A stretch of DNA of 43,009 nt from Pseudomonadota bacterium (GCA_043825735.1 JBDRRP010000048.1:1-43009), one strand, 5' to 3'. Shown: positions 1 through 8,645, counted from the first letter of the stretch. Translations and numbers: made by a program. Notes: generated by a model from the letters alone, not told the origin.

Positions 1-14
1 TTCATCGGGTTCGC

Positions 15-132
15 TCCTAACAAGTGCATCCAGTTGACCGCAATCGCCCTCGATAAGGGGAAGAAAGATGCTCTTGGTAAGATCATCATTAATCCGGCAT
101 CGGCGTAGCGGCAACTGATGCAGGCGTTAGGC
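15..132 (+). repeat. attC site 1 (118 bp)
   Basis: R'' TCCTAAC, arm TGCATCCAGTTGACCGC pairing with GCGGCAACTGATGCA (extra-helical bases), R' GTTAGGC. Confidence 0.9.
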
Positions 133-180
133 GTCACATTCACCGTTTCATGCCTTCTAAATCGAAGTGTAACAAATCTG

Positions 181-208
181 TTGACACTGTATCATTATGT
201 GCTACACT
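181..208 (+). promoter_or_regulatory. sigma70 promoter of higBA-1 with overlapping operator-like inverted repeat
   Basis: TTGACA-16 nt-TACACT; imperfect palindrome TGTATCA-N5-TGCTACA in the spacer. Confidence 0.7.
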
Positions 209-217
209 ATCGCTTAG

Positions 218-493
218 ATGATAAAAAGTTTCCGGCATAAGGGACTGGCAGAGCTGTTCGAGCGTGGTGCCTCTCGAAAGGTGCACCAAGACTTGCATGC
301 ACGAGCCTTGAGACGCCTGGACGCTTTGGATCAGGCTGAATCGCTGGCCGAATTACACATCCCGGGCTTTAATTTTCACGGTCTTCGAGGAAAGCCCAAG
401 CGTTACAGCATTCATGTCAATGGGCCGTGGAGCATCACTTTTGAATGGGACGACGGTGATGCATTGAGAATCGACCTTGAGCAATATCATTGA
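218..493 (+). CDS. higB: HigB-type (RelE superfamily) toxin
   Basis: MIKSFRHKGLAELF...LHIPGFNFHGLRG...YSIHVNGPWSITFEW...DLEQYH; upstream of a HigA gene. Confidence 0.92.
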   Translation: MIKSFRHKGLAELFERGASRKVHQDLHARALRRLDALDQAESLAELHIPGFNFHGLRGKPKRYSIHVNGPWSITFEWDDGDALRIDLEQYH

Positions 494-503
494 GGACATT
501 GTG

Positions 504-833
504 ATGACTGAAATTTCGGTGCGACGTCCACTTAAAAGGGCACCAGTACATCCAGGAGAGATCCTTCGTGAAGATGTAATCAGAAGTTTGAACCTATCGG
601 TGAGTGAGGCAGCACGACGCCTTGGGGTATCTCGACAGCAGCTTCACCGTATCCTGGCATGCACCCATCCCATTACAACTGAAATGGCCCTGCGGATTGG
701 AAAATTTGCGGGGAACGGACCGGGATTATGGCTGAGAATGCAGCAAGCTTATGACTTGTGGTATGCCGAAAACCGGATGGCTATCGAACTTTCTAAAATT
801 GATACAGTTACCGTGAGCGGGCAAGACGCCTAA
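504..833 (+). CDS. higA: HigA antitoxin (HTH-Xre)
   Basis: PVHPGEILRED...EMALRIGK...LWLRMQQAYDLW; GAGGA RBS precedes ATG 504; the stop codon lies inside R'' of attC2. Confidence 0.92.
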   Translation: MTEISVRRPLKRAPVHPGEILREDVIRSLNLSVSEAARRLGVSRQQLHRILACTHPITTEMALRIGKFAGNGPGLWLRMQQAYDLWYAENRMAIELSKIDTVTVSGQDA

Positions 834-885
834 CATATCGCTGGAGTGGCTGGCGTGCCGCCACCACACAGCTCAAACGTTATCT
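828..885 (+). repeat. attC site 2 (58 bp)
   Basis: GCCTAAC-ATATC-GCTGGAGTGG...CCACACAGC-TCAAAC-GTTATCT. Confidence 0.85.
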
Positions 886-903
886 GTATTAGCCGTCACA
901 GGC

Positions 904-932
904 TTGACACCCGTAACGTATCTGGTTACACT
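904..932 (+). promoter_or_regulatory. sigma70 promoter of higBA-2 with operator-like palindrome
   Basis: TTGACA-17 nt-TACACT; GTAAC-N7-GTTAC inverted repeat in the spacer. Confidence 0.75.
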
Positions 933-941
933 CTAACTCAG

Positions 942-1220
942 ATGATTCAGAAATTCAAACATAAGGGGCTACGGCAACTATTTGAAAAAGGCTCAACTTC
1001 AGGTGTAAACGCTCAACATGTAAAACGGTTGAAATTGATTCTCGCTCTTCTTGAAACTTCAGAAACTATTGAGGATATGGATTTGCCCGGTTTAAATCTG
1101 CATGAATTGAAAGGGAATCGAAAAGGCACTTGGGCTTTGAGGATCAGCGGAATTTGGCGTGTCACCTTCAGATTGGAACAAGGTGATGCTTTGGATGTAA
1201 ACTACGAGGATTATCATTAG
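942..1220 (+). CDS. higB: HigB-type toxin (second copy, divergent)
   Basis: MIQKFKHKGLRQLF...LPGLNLHELKGNRKGTWALRISGIWRVTF...YEDYH; start moved to 942 because the ORF-track start lies inside attC2. Confidence 0.92.
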   Translation: MIQKFKHKGLRQLFEKGSTSGVNAQHVKRLKLILALLETSETIEDMDLPGLNLHELKGNRKGTWALRISGIWRVTFRLEQGDALDVNYEDYH

Positions 1221-1229
1221 AGGTGTGTC

Positions 1230-1517
1230 ATGAGGATGGATAACCCACCACATCCCGGTGAAATTATAAGAGAACTTTGCGTTGAACCTCTTGGGCTCTC
1301 AGTAACCGAGGCTGCTAACGCATTGAAAGTTACTCGAAAAACCCTTTCAACCCTTTTGAATGGCAGGGCAGGCATCAGCCCGGAGATGGCCTTGAGATTA
1401 CACAGAGTGTTCGGGCGTACACCAGAAGGCTGGATGCGTCTGCAATTACAATTCGACTTGTGGAAAGCGGAAAAATCTCTCGACATCAGCGAGCTAAAGC
1501 GAATCAAGGCAGCGTAA
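1230..1517 (+). CDS. higA: HigA antitoxin
   Basis: [11 protein letters not shown]...[10 protein letters not shown]...[11 protein letters not shown]. Confidence 0.92.
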   Translation: MRMDNPPHPGEIIRELCVEPLGLSVTEAANALKVTRKTLSTLLNGRAGISPEMALRLHRVFGRTPEGWMRLQLQFDLWKAEKSLDISELKRIKAA

Positions 1518-1532
1518 TCTAATACCCTCCCC

Positions 1533-1596
1533 AAATAACAAATCGCTGGTGTGGAAACGCAAACACCCGCGTTTCCACACAGCTCAACCGTTATCC
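1533..1596 (+). repeat. attC site 3 (64 bp)
   Basis: AAATAAC-AAATC-GCTGGTGTGGAAACGC-AAACACCC-GCGTTTCCACACAGC-TCAACC-GTTATCC. Confidence 0.92.
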
Positions 1597-1603
1597 GAAA
1601 GAA

Positions 1604-2020
1604 TTAATACGAAGCTTCAGATAGGTTGGATTGAATGGCATTTTGAGCAGCGTGGACCAAAAACGATGATCTGGACATACCACGACGCTTTGCTGCGGCG
1701 TCGATCTGTTTAAGTGTCATTTCGGGGAGAGTGATATTGACTCTTACTGTTCGAGGCCTTGAATCCGGCACGCCGACAACCAGGAAGGCTGCGGCATCGG
1801 CGAAATCGGTATCTGCCATAATTTCTTCCAATTTTGAAGGATCAGGAAGCCGGTCGCCGTCTTCGAGCATACCCTGGATATGAAGCGTAAGCGCATCTTG
1901 AGCCATATCCTTAGCTTCATCAATGTTGCGACCGGCAGTGACACAACCTGGGAAATCAGGAAAAGACACGCCGAAATCACTTTTGGGGTCTTTGTGTACG
2001 ATAGCGATATAATTACCCAT
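1604..2020 (-). CDS. hicB: HicB antitoxin with C-terminal RHH domain
   Basis: YIAIVHKD...FGVSFPDFPGCVTAG...EAKDMAQDAL; RVNITLP...IDAAAKRRGMSRSSFL; GAGGT RBS. Confidence 0.92.
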   Translation of the reverse strand: MGNYIAIVHKDPKSDFGVSFPDFPGCVTAGRNIDEAKDMAQDALTLHIQGMLEDGDRLPDPSKLEEIMADTDFADAAAFLVVGVPDSRPRTVRVNITLPEMTLKQIDAAAKRRGMSRSSFLVHAAQNAIQSNLSEASY

Positions 2021-2028
2021 TTCAAACC

Positions 2029-2217
2029 TCATCTGAATTTTATCCCCGATTGGCGCTCTATGCTTTTCAGTGTCCCAATCGGTATGTCCTTCTTCGGATG
2101 TGGAACAGTCACGCGCCCCTTTCTATTTGGATGCCGGAATTGTGTATGAGAACCGGAGGTTGCGGCTTGATACCAACCGTGCTGCAAAAGAATCTTTATG
2201 ATTGCACGGCTATCCAT
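2029..2217 (-). CDS. hicA: HicA mRNA interferase toxin
   Basis: GSHTQFRHP...GRVTVPHPKKDIPIGTLKSIERQSG. Confidence 0.93.
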   Translation of the reverse strand: MDSRAIIKILLQHGWYQAATSGSHTQFRHPNRKGRVTVPHPKKDIPIGTLKSIERQSGIKFR

Positions 2218-2225
2218 GGTGTGTA

Positions 2226-2254
2226 ACAATACACATCTCAAGGGTGTGTGTCAA
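2226..2254 (-). promoter_or_regulatory. sigma70 promoter of hicAB
   Basis: Minus-strand TTGACA-17 nt-TATTGT; GTGTA-N4-TACAC palindrome over the -10 box. Confidence 0.7.
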
Positions 2255-2267
2255 CATAAACGACCCC

Positions 2268-2335
2268 GGATAACATCCGGCTTGATTGGATGTGCGGAAA
2301 AAGCGCCCGCCCACCAATCAGCCTAAACGTTAAGG
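2268..2335 (+). repeat. attC site 4 (68 bp)
   Basis: GGATAAC...GGCTTGATTGG...CCAATCAGCC...GTTAAGG. Confidence 0.9.
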
Positions 2336-2383
2336 CCACTAAATAGGCATAGATATGTGCGATACACATAAGGAGATATTGAA

Positions 2384-2611
2384 ATGCGACCTGATGAAAT
2401 AAAGCAAAAAATTGAAGAATTAAATCTTTCTGAAAAATTATTGCTGATTGAAGATGTTTGGGACGCAATTGCTAAGAGCAATCAGGAACTTCCCATGCAT
2501 GAATGGCAGAAAAGAGAGCTCGATAGGAGATATCGGAAATATAAGGCCGGAAAGCAGGATCTTCATAATTGGCAATCAGTTCATGAAGATATCAGGAATA
2601 AATACAAATGA
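2384..2611 (+). CDS. Putative addiction-module antitoxin component
   Basis: LSEKLLLIEDVWDAI...WQKRELDRR...W..V pattern; AGGAG RBS; ATGA overlap with the toxin gene. Confidence 0.85.
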   Translation: MRPDEIKQKIEELNLSEKLLLIEDVWDAIAKSNQELPMHEWQKRELDRRYRKYKAGKQDLHNWQSVHEDIRNKYK

Positions 2612-2889
2612 TGCTCCGCTATACAGATGCATCTATAGATGATTTGGAATTGGCCTTTGCCTGGTATGAAAGACAACGGAGGGGCCTTGGTTTCAATTTT
2701 CTTGATTGTGTTGAGAACGCCATACGAAACATTAGCATCTATCCAGAAATGTACCAGATTCGATATAAGAATTTTCGTGGCTGCCCAATTAGGAGGTTTC
2801 CATTCTCTATATTTTACACAATTGAACAGAATGAAATTGTGGTGCATTCTGTATTTGATAATCGACAAGACCTAAAAAGAAGGCCTTAA
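2608..2889 (+). CDS. RelE/ParE family toxin
   Basis: DLELAFAWYERQRRGLG...RRFPFSIFY...VHSVFDNRQD; the stop codon lies in R'' of attC5. Confidence 0.88.
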   Translation: MMLRYTDASIDDLELAFAWYERQRRGLGFNFLDCVENAIRNISIYPEMYQIRYKNFRGCPIRRFPFSIFYTIEQNEIVVHSVFDNRQDLKRRP

Positions 2890-2943
2890 CAATTTGCTTC
2901 ACGGGAGCGCAAAAAGCCGCGCCCCGTGAGGTATACGTTCGGC
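2884..2943 (+). repeat. attC site 5 (60 bp)
   Basis: CCTTAAC...TCACGGGAGCGC-AAAAAGCC-GCGCCCCGTGA...GTTCGGC. Confidence 0.88.
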
Positions 2944-2971
2944 ACTAAAACAGTTATAGAAAGACGATGTT

Positions 2972-3502
2972 ATGACCCCAAAGCAATTTTATGACTGGCA
3001 GACCGCAGGTGGAACAGACGATGTAATGCGTATGGTAGATTGCCTTGAGAGAGCGGATCTATCGTGGTGCGCAATAGGCGGAGTCGCTGTTAATCATTGG
3101 GCGTCTGAAGCTATGGTTACGCAAGATGTAGATTTTGTTGTTGCTACTGAATCAATAGAGATAGCAACCAAACTTCTTGTTGAAGCTGGATTCAAATCGG
3201 AACGGTTCGCATGGTCAATTAACTTTCGAGGCACATCTAAGGTCAGTATCCAATTGAGCACAGAAGATTTCTATGCTGACTTTCCCAGCCATTCTGTTCC
3301 AGCAGATATACATGGTATACTTATGCGAGTTGCGTCACTTAAAGATACATTGCGCGGAAAAATCAAGGCCTGGCGGGATACGGAAAGACGGCAAAGTAAA
3401 AAGTTTAAAGACATAGGTGATATCGCTCGCTTAGTTGAAAGTCACCCCCACTTATGGGAATTTCTTGACCAAGACTTGAAAGATATCATTGAAAAGCCGT
3501 AA
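2972..3502 (+). CDS. Nucleotidyltransferase-fold protein (AbiEii-like), solo cassette
   Basis: IGGVAV...TQDVDF motif and C-terminal K...R..K..KD..D. Confidence 0.7.
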   Translation: MTPKQFYDWQTAGGTDDVMRMVDCLERADLSWCAIGGVAVNHWASEAMVTQDVDFVVATESIEIATKLLVEAGFKSERFAWSINFRGTSKVSIQLSTEDFYADFPSHSVPADIHGILMRVASLKDTLRGKIKAWRDTERRQSKKFKDIGDIARLVESHPHLWEFLDQDLKDIIEKP

Positions 3503-3515
3503 AAAGATAGATCCC

Positions 3516-3574
3516 GCCGAACAAATCGCCGTTAGGGACGCAAACACCCGCGCCCTAAGGCTCAAGCGTTCTGT
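3516..3574 (+). repeat. attC site 6 (59 bp)
   Basis: GCCGAAC-AAATC-GCCGTTAGGGACGC-AAACACCC-GCGCCCTAAGGC-TCAAGC-GTTCTGT; loop identical to that of attC3. Confidence 0.9.
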
Positions 3575-3595
3575 ACCTCATTTTATGGAACAAAA

Positions 3596-4042
3596 ATGCG
3601 ATTTGCTCATACAAATATAACTGCTAAGAATTGGAAATCCTTATCGGAGTTTTATATCAAAGTGTTTCATTGTAAAATAGAACCGCCAGAACGAAAGCTT
3701 TCAGGAGCCTGGCTGGATCAAGCGACTGGCTTACAGACAGCAATCTTAGAAGGCGTACATTTGTTGCTCCCTGGCCATGGCGAAAATGGACCCACTCTTG
3801 AAATATTTACATACAAAAATATGCATGAATGTGGTCCCATAATGGCGAATTACGCTGGACTTACTCATCTTGCATTTGAAGTAGATGATGTCGATGGGAC
3901 ATTAGAGGAAGCCATTAGCAACGGTGCGCAATTATTGGGTAAAGTCACTGAAAAATCAGTTGATGGAATTGGTGATTTGAAGTTTGTTTATTTCCGTGAT
4001 CCAGAAGGAAATATTATTGAAATACAATCGTGGAAGAAATAG
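3596..4042 (+). CDS. VOC/glyoxalase family protein
   Basis: HTNI...LEIF...GLTHLAFEVDDV...YFRDPEGNIIEI. Confidence 0.9.
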   Translation: MRFAHTNITAKNWKSLSEFYIKVFHCKIEPPERKLSGAWLDQATGLQTAILEGVHLLLPGHGENGPTLEIFTYKNMHECGPIMANYAGLTHLAFEVDDVDGTLEEAISNGAQLLGKVTEKSVDGIGDLKFVYFRDPEGNIIEIQSWKK

Positions 4043-4046
4043 GCGC

Positions 4047-4103
4047 ATAGAACAAGCGCTTTCGATTTTTACGTCGCTGAAATTGGTGAGCCCGCTGTTG
4101 CGC
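4047..4103 (+). repeat. Degenerate terminal attC site 7
   Basis: ATAGAAC matches the cassette's GTTCTGT start; weak hairpin GCTTTCGATTT/AAATTGGTGAGC; ends in GTTGCGC. Confidence 0.5.
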
Positions 4104-4268
4104 TTGCGCGGACACAGACCATTATGGAAGGTGCAGACTACTGCGACTTCCGATACCGTTTTAAATAGAGGCAATACGTCAATAATTGATGGCCCCGTAA
4201 AAAGTTCGAATCTCTTGTAAAGCCGCAGTGATCGCAACGCTAATGAATTGATAATAAAATGTTTTTGA

Positions 4269-5945
4269 ATGCGTGTTCCTGACTATAAGGAGGTATATAT
4301 CGATACTGAGAATAAAACAGAAAGAGTCAGGCTGGCTCTTCTAATATTCTCGATGATTTTCTACGGCTTTTGTTTCAAAACAATTCATATGTCAGTGGGC
4401 AACGGTGCCTTTATTCTCATGAATGTTTTTCCGGCTGCCGCAGGATTGCTTTTTGGCATGCGCGTCGGTTTTATGACCGGGTTCATAACCATCCTTTTTG
4501 TCCTTTTTATGGGCGCAACCGTCCATCTCGATTTTAAAGCCTTTGTGCCGACGATTAGCGTATCCGGCATCGTTATGCTGATCATCGGGTCCGGTGTCGG
4601 ACGGCTGCGTGATCTATCCTTAGCCGTCAAAGCGGAACTGCATAAACGCAGAGAAGTGGAGATGGCACTAAGGAAATCGCAGGATGAATTGGAATTGCGC
4701 GTCAAAGAGCGAACCCTGGAACTGGAGCAAACCACCAATGAACTGAAAAGAGAGGTCACTGAGCGAAGGCAGGCCCAGAAAGCGCATGAAGAGCTGCAGG
4801 CCCAGTTGACCCAGACCCAGAAAATGGAATCCGTTGGACGTCTGGCAGGTGGTGTGGCCCATGATTTCAACAACATGCTGGGGGTGATCCTCGGTCATGT
4901 TGATATGATTTTGGAAGAGCTGGACCCGGCCCTGCCGGTTTATGCCGACCTGAAGGAAATCAAAAAAGCGGCCCAGCGTTCCGCCGGCCTGACACGACAA
5001 CTGCTGGCTTTTGCCCGCAAGCAAACCGTGGCGCCCAAGGTGCTCGATATAAACCGGACTCTGGAAGGGATGCTCCAGATGCTTAACCGGCTGATCGGCG
5101 AGGACATCGCGCTGGTCTGGCTGCCGGGCCAGGACCTGGAACCGGTCTATATTGACCCGTCGCAGATCGACCAAATGTTGGTCAACCTGGTTGTCAACGC
5201 CAGGGACGCCATTGCGGACGTGGGCAGGATCACCATCCAAACGGGGACCACTGTTTTCGATGAAGAATATTGCTCGGCGCATCCGGGCTTTGTGCCCGGC
5301 GAGTTCGTACACCTGTCAGTGAGCGATGACGGCTGCGGTATGGACCAGGAAACGCTGACCCACGTTTTTGAACCGTTTTTCACGACCAAGGAGCCGGGCA
5401 AAGGTACCGGCCTCGGTTTGGCCACGGTCTACGGTATTGCCAAGCAGAACAACGGCTACATCAATGTCTACAGCGAGCCGGGCCAGGGGACGACTCTTAA
5501 GATTTATCTGCCCAGGCATATCGGTAAATCCGTGTTGATGCGGGAGGATGCTCTGGCAACGCCGGACGTACGTGGCCACGAGACCATTCTGCTGGTTGAG
5601 GATGAGCCTGCGATTCTGAGCATGACCAAGAGGATGCTTGAAGGACTGAGCTACACCGTGGTGACCGCAAACACCCCGGGCGAAGCCATCCGGCTGGCCA
5701 GGGATTATGCCGGACAGATCCACCTGCTCATGACTGATGTGGTGATGCCCGAAATGAACGGCCGGGACCTGGCCAAAAACATCTTGTCCTTCTATCCCCA
5801 TCTCAAGCGCCTGTTCATGTCCGGCTACACAGCCAATGTCATCGCTCACCACGGAGTGCTGGATGAAGGGGTCCATTTCATACAGAAGCCTTTTTCCAGT
5901 GAAGATCTGGCCGTCAAGGTGCGCGAAAGTATAAAAGCGGAATAG
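4269..5945 (+). CDS. Membrane hybrid sensor histidine kinase/receiver
   Basis: TM helices, H-box [24 protein letters not shown]-terminal REC (LLVEDE...TDVVMP); start uncertain. Confidence 0.9.
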   Translation: MRVPDYKEVYIDTENKTERVRLALLIFSMIFYGFCFKTIHMSVGNGAFILMNVFPAAAGLLFGMRVGFMTGFITILFVLFMGATVHLDFKAFVPTISVSGIVMLIIGSGVGRLRDLSLAVKAELHKRREVEMALRKSQDELELRVKERTLELEQTTNELKREVTERRQAQKAHEELQAQLTQTQKMESVGRLAGGVAHDFNNMLGVILGHVDMILEELDPALPVYADLKEIKKAAQRSAGLTRQLLAFARKQTVAPKVLDINRTLEGMLQMLNRLIGEDIALVWLPGQDLEPVYIDPSQIDQMLVNLVVNARDAIADVGRITIQTGTTVFDEEYCSAHPGFVPGEFVHLSVSDDGCGMDQETLTHVFEPFFTTKEPGKGTGLGLATVYGIAKQNNGYINVYSEPGQGTTLKIYLPRHIGKSVLMREDALATPDVRGHETILLVEDEPAILSMTKRMLEGLSYTVVTANTPGEAIRLARDYAGQIHLLMTDVVMPEMNGRDLAKNILSFYPHLKRLFMSGYTANVIAHHGVLDEGVHFIQKPFSSEDLAVKVRESIKAE

Positions 5946-5953
5946 GAATTGTC

Positions 5954-6751
5954 ATGTGGTTAAACGCAACCTGCTTTCTTGAATTCCAAATCCCTGTCCC
6001 AACTCCGTTTTTGCTCATGCTGCGCCCCCGGAGTGGATGGCAGCAGTGGATCGCACGCGAAGAGTACGTTTTGTCGCCCAGTGTACCGGCGGTCGAGTTC
6101 ACAGACTCGTTCGGCAATCTGTGTCAGCGGCTGGTTGCACCAGCCGGACATTTTACGGTGCGTACATCCGTTGATATCGAAACCGCTGACGCATCCGACA
6201 CGGCCCCTGGAGCCCCGTTTGTTGAAGTGCAGCAGTTGCCCGATGAGACGCTACCTTTTTTGTATCCAAGCCGGTATTGTGAATCGGATCGTTTCACGGA
6301 AATGGCCGCGTCGCTAACAACGGGCCGAGCCTCCGGCTACGATCAATGTAATGCCATCGTTGATTATATCCGCAAAGCTATACGGTATACACCGGGCATT
6401 GGACAGCAGATAATCAGTGCATCCGAGCTAAACCAATTGGGAAGCGGTGTATGCCGGGACATGGCCCATTTGGGCATTGCCTGTTGCCGAGCGCTATCGA
6501 TACCGGCGCGCATGGTAGTGGGCTACCTCGAGGCGCTCGAACCGATGGATTTACACGCTTGGTTCGAGGCCTATGTTGGAAATCGATGGTACACATTCGA
6601 TTCCACTCAAGCCGACCTGCAAGGAGGCCGGGTCGCGATCGCTTTCGGCCGCGACGCGGCCGACGTGGCTATCTACACACAATTCGGCGATCCGGTGGGG
6701 CTGCTGAATATGAACGTCAAAGTCGAACGGATGCCCGGACCGACTTACTGA
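5954..6751 (+). CDS. Transglutaminase-like family protein
   Basis: [32 protein letters not shown]. Confidence 0.9.
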   Translation: MWLNATCFLEFQIPVPTPFLLMLRPRSGWQQWIAREEYVLSPSVPAVEFTDSFGNLCQRLVAPAGHFTVRTSVDIETADASDTAPGAPFVEVQQLPDETLPFLYPSRYCESDRFTEMAASLTTGRASGYDQCNAIVDYIRKAIRYTPGIGQQIISASELNQLGSGVCRDMAHLGIACCRALSIPARMVVGYLEALEPMDLHAWFEAYVGNRWYTFDSTQADLQGGRVAIAFGRDAADVAIYTQFGDPVGLLNMNVKVERMPGPTY

Positions 6752-6814
6752 GATTGGGCATAGCAACACTTCTAATCGGCGAACGAATCGTTGCACCTGA
6801 ACGGATGGGCAAGA

Positions 6815-7132
6815 ATGAAAACTTTTTCCGATAAAGCGTACGATCTTTTACGGAAGGTGCCAAAAGGGCGCGTCACGACGTATAAAGAAATCGCCCATGC
6901 CTTGGGAACAAAAGCATATCGGGGGATCGGACAGGCCATGAAAAGAAACCCGTATGCGCCGGAAGTCCCATGACACCGGGTTGTCGCCTCATCCGGTCGG
7001 ATTGGGGGATTTCAGGGGAAGACATCAGGCGCCGCCATAGCGCATAAAATTAAAATGCTCGAGGAAGAAGGGGTTTCGGTTCAAGGAGGAAGGATAAAGA
7101 ATTTTGAAAAAATTCTTTATCGATTTTTCTAG
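6815..7132 (+). CDS. MGMT/Ogt-family alkyltransferase domain protein, probable selenoprotein (U53), 105 aa
   Basis: VPKGRVTTYKEIA...NPYAPEVP-TGA-HRVVASSGRIGGF...KIKMLEEEGV: TGA occupies the Cys of PCHRV, homology continues in frame to TAG 7130-7132, and a hairpin follows the TGA. Confidence 0.85.
6974..7007 (+). promoter_or_regulatory. Putative bacterial SECIS element
   Basis: CCTC-ATCC-[GGTC]-GGAT-T-GGGG stem-loop; the G-starting apical loop begins 21 nt after the UGA. Confidence 0.7.
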
Positions 7133-7518
7133 TCCATAAAAAAACAGAATGGTCGCATCTAAAATATTTAGCAATGCACAATTGGAGTGCAGGACGCATA
7201 GTATAAAACTACTGTGCCTCCAGAATATTTCAAGAGATGGATCTGCCAAGAGTATTTATTATATCGCTGTGGCCTTAACTTTCTCCCCAAATATTTCTAA
7301 CAGCTGCTTTGATTTAAACGCCGGATTGATTTCCACCCTGATGGGCGTGTAAATATATTTCGGCCTTTTTAGTCGTTTTTCATTTTTATCGATATGCTCA
7401 CACGCGGCAGAGGCCGCGGCAGCGGCGGATACGGGGAAGTAAAAGTGCTTAATGAATTTATCAAAAAAATAATTTTGCGACGCGTATCGAGCTGCCTATC
7501 GCCATTGGTCGAGCCCTA

Positions 7519-8592
7519 ATGAGTTACATCATCGGGTTTGGAGCTTACAGGTATGCGCTGGCCTTGCTTGTCGTGCTCCACCATTTGAGGCTGTGGGTTC
7601 CTTTGGCCGAAACGGTGGACTGGGGGGTGCACGCCGTCTTGAGTTTTTTTGTCATCAGCGGATACATGATCGCAAGGATACTGGACAAATCCTACTCTGG
7701 CGACCACCGTAAACTCAGATTTTTGCTTAACCGAGCACTGCGACTTTTGCCGGCGCATTGGGCGACGCTGGTCTTTCTGCTGTTTACCTTTTTCGTTGTC
7801 CCCGATGCCATGTTGGGGTGGGGTCTGGGGAAAGGCGCAACGAACCCTCTGGACACATTCTCGGTGTTCAATTGGATCGAGAACTTTTTACTGGTCGGAA
7901 ATGCCCACCTGGCCAATTTCCCGACTTGGACAATACGCTTGGAACTTTATTTATACCTTGTTGCGCTGTTGCTCTTCCCGATGCACCGGTACGTCGTTGT
8001 GGGGTGCCTGTTGGTCGGCCTTTGTGCGTCGATGACATGGCCGCTCGCCGCATTGGCAGCCTACCCGCCTTATTCGGTCGGGTTGCTGGCAAGCCTATTT
8101 CCTTTCAGTGCAGGGGCATGCGCTTACCATTTCAGAGCAAAAATCCCTCAATTTTCTACATTTTCCTGCTATGCCGCGACATCCGTTTCGCTCCTGTTCA
8201 TCGTTGGATTGAAAGTTTGGGGGCTGGCAGTGGAAACCTCTGCGCTGATATCCGTTTTTATGACTACCGCCGCGGTGGTAATCCTCCAGAGCAGGCGGCA
8301 GCATACCGCACCACGCTGTTATCGGATTGATGAATTCCTTGGAGATATGAGCTATACGGTTTACTTGATACATAAGCCAGTCATGATCTGGATCGGGTGG
8401 ATTGCAATGACCGGCAGTCTTTTCACGACCACCTCCGTCTGGTTCGTATTCGCAATGATGGCGATGTCACATCTGTTAGGGCTGGCCGTTAACAGGGTGG
8501 TCGAAAGACCGGTCAAGGTCGTTCGCGCAAAGATCAGGAAAAGAAAAATCGTTTTGTCGGAAAAAGAGAAAGGGGTCGCATCTCAAATATAA
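7519..8592 (+). CDS. Acyltransferase-3 (OafA-like) membrane O-acyltransferase
   Basis: R..LALLVVLHH, FFVISGYMI, RALRLLP, WTIRLE, GDMSYTVYLIH, VERP. Confidence 0.88.
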   Translation: MSYIIGFGAYRYALALLVVLHHLRLWVPLAETVDWGVHAVLSFFVISGYMIARILDKSYSGDHRKLRFLLNRALRLLPAHWATLVFLLFTFFVVPDAMLGWGLGKGATNPLDTFSVFNWIENFLLVGNAHLANFPTWTIRLELYLYLVALLLFPMHRYVVVGCLLVGLCASMTWPLAALAAYPPYSVGLLASLFPFSAGACAYHFRAKIPQFSTFSCYAATSVSLLFIVGLKVWGLAVETSALISVFMTTAAVVILQSRRQHTAPRCYRIDEFLGDMSYTVYLIHKPVMIWIGWIAMTGSLFTTTSVWFVFAMMAMSHLLGLAVNRVVERPVKVVRAKIRKRKIVLSEKEKGVASQI

Positions 8593-8645
8593 AGCAATTC
8601 CGTCAACAGTCGCAAACAGAACAGTCCACCCAAAGGAGGCTTCTC

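Larger units (their letters stand above)
15..4103 (+). mobile_element. Integron gene-cassette array (distal end; no intI in window)
   Basis: Six attC sites plus one degenerate site separate the ORFs. Each cassette starts with a GTT box that is the reverse complement of the AAC box at its own end: GTTAGGC/GCCTAAC, GTTATCT/AAATAAC (1 mismatch), GTTATCC/GGATAAC, GTTAAGG/CCTTAAC, GTTCGGC/GCCGAAC, GTTCTGT/ATAGAAC (1 mismatch). The region is visibly AT-richer than the rest of the window. Confidence 0.93.

Noticed and set aside
846..941. N-terminal extension of the second HigB in the ORF track
   Set aside because: It runs through attC2 and the promoter; family similarity starts at ATG 942.
15..3574. 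Recurrent intergenic hairpins as a CRISPR array or simple terminators
   Set aside because: The repeats are not identical, the spacers are whole genes, there are no cas genes or poly-U tails, and the AAC/GTT boxes fit attC.
6791..6973. 60-aa ORF or nonsense pseudogene reading of the MGMT gene
   Set aside because: The stop falls precisely on the catalytic Cys and is followed by a SECIS-like hairpin and intact coding sequence, so recoding is the better explanation.
7149..7500. Short ORFs on either strand between the MGMT and acyltransferase genes
   Set aside because: No recognisable motif; the minus-strand open frame has no usable start or RBS.
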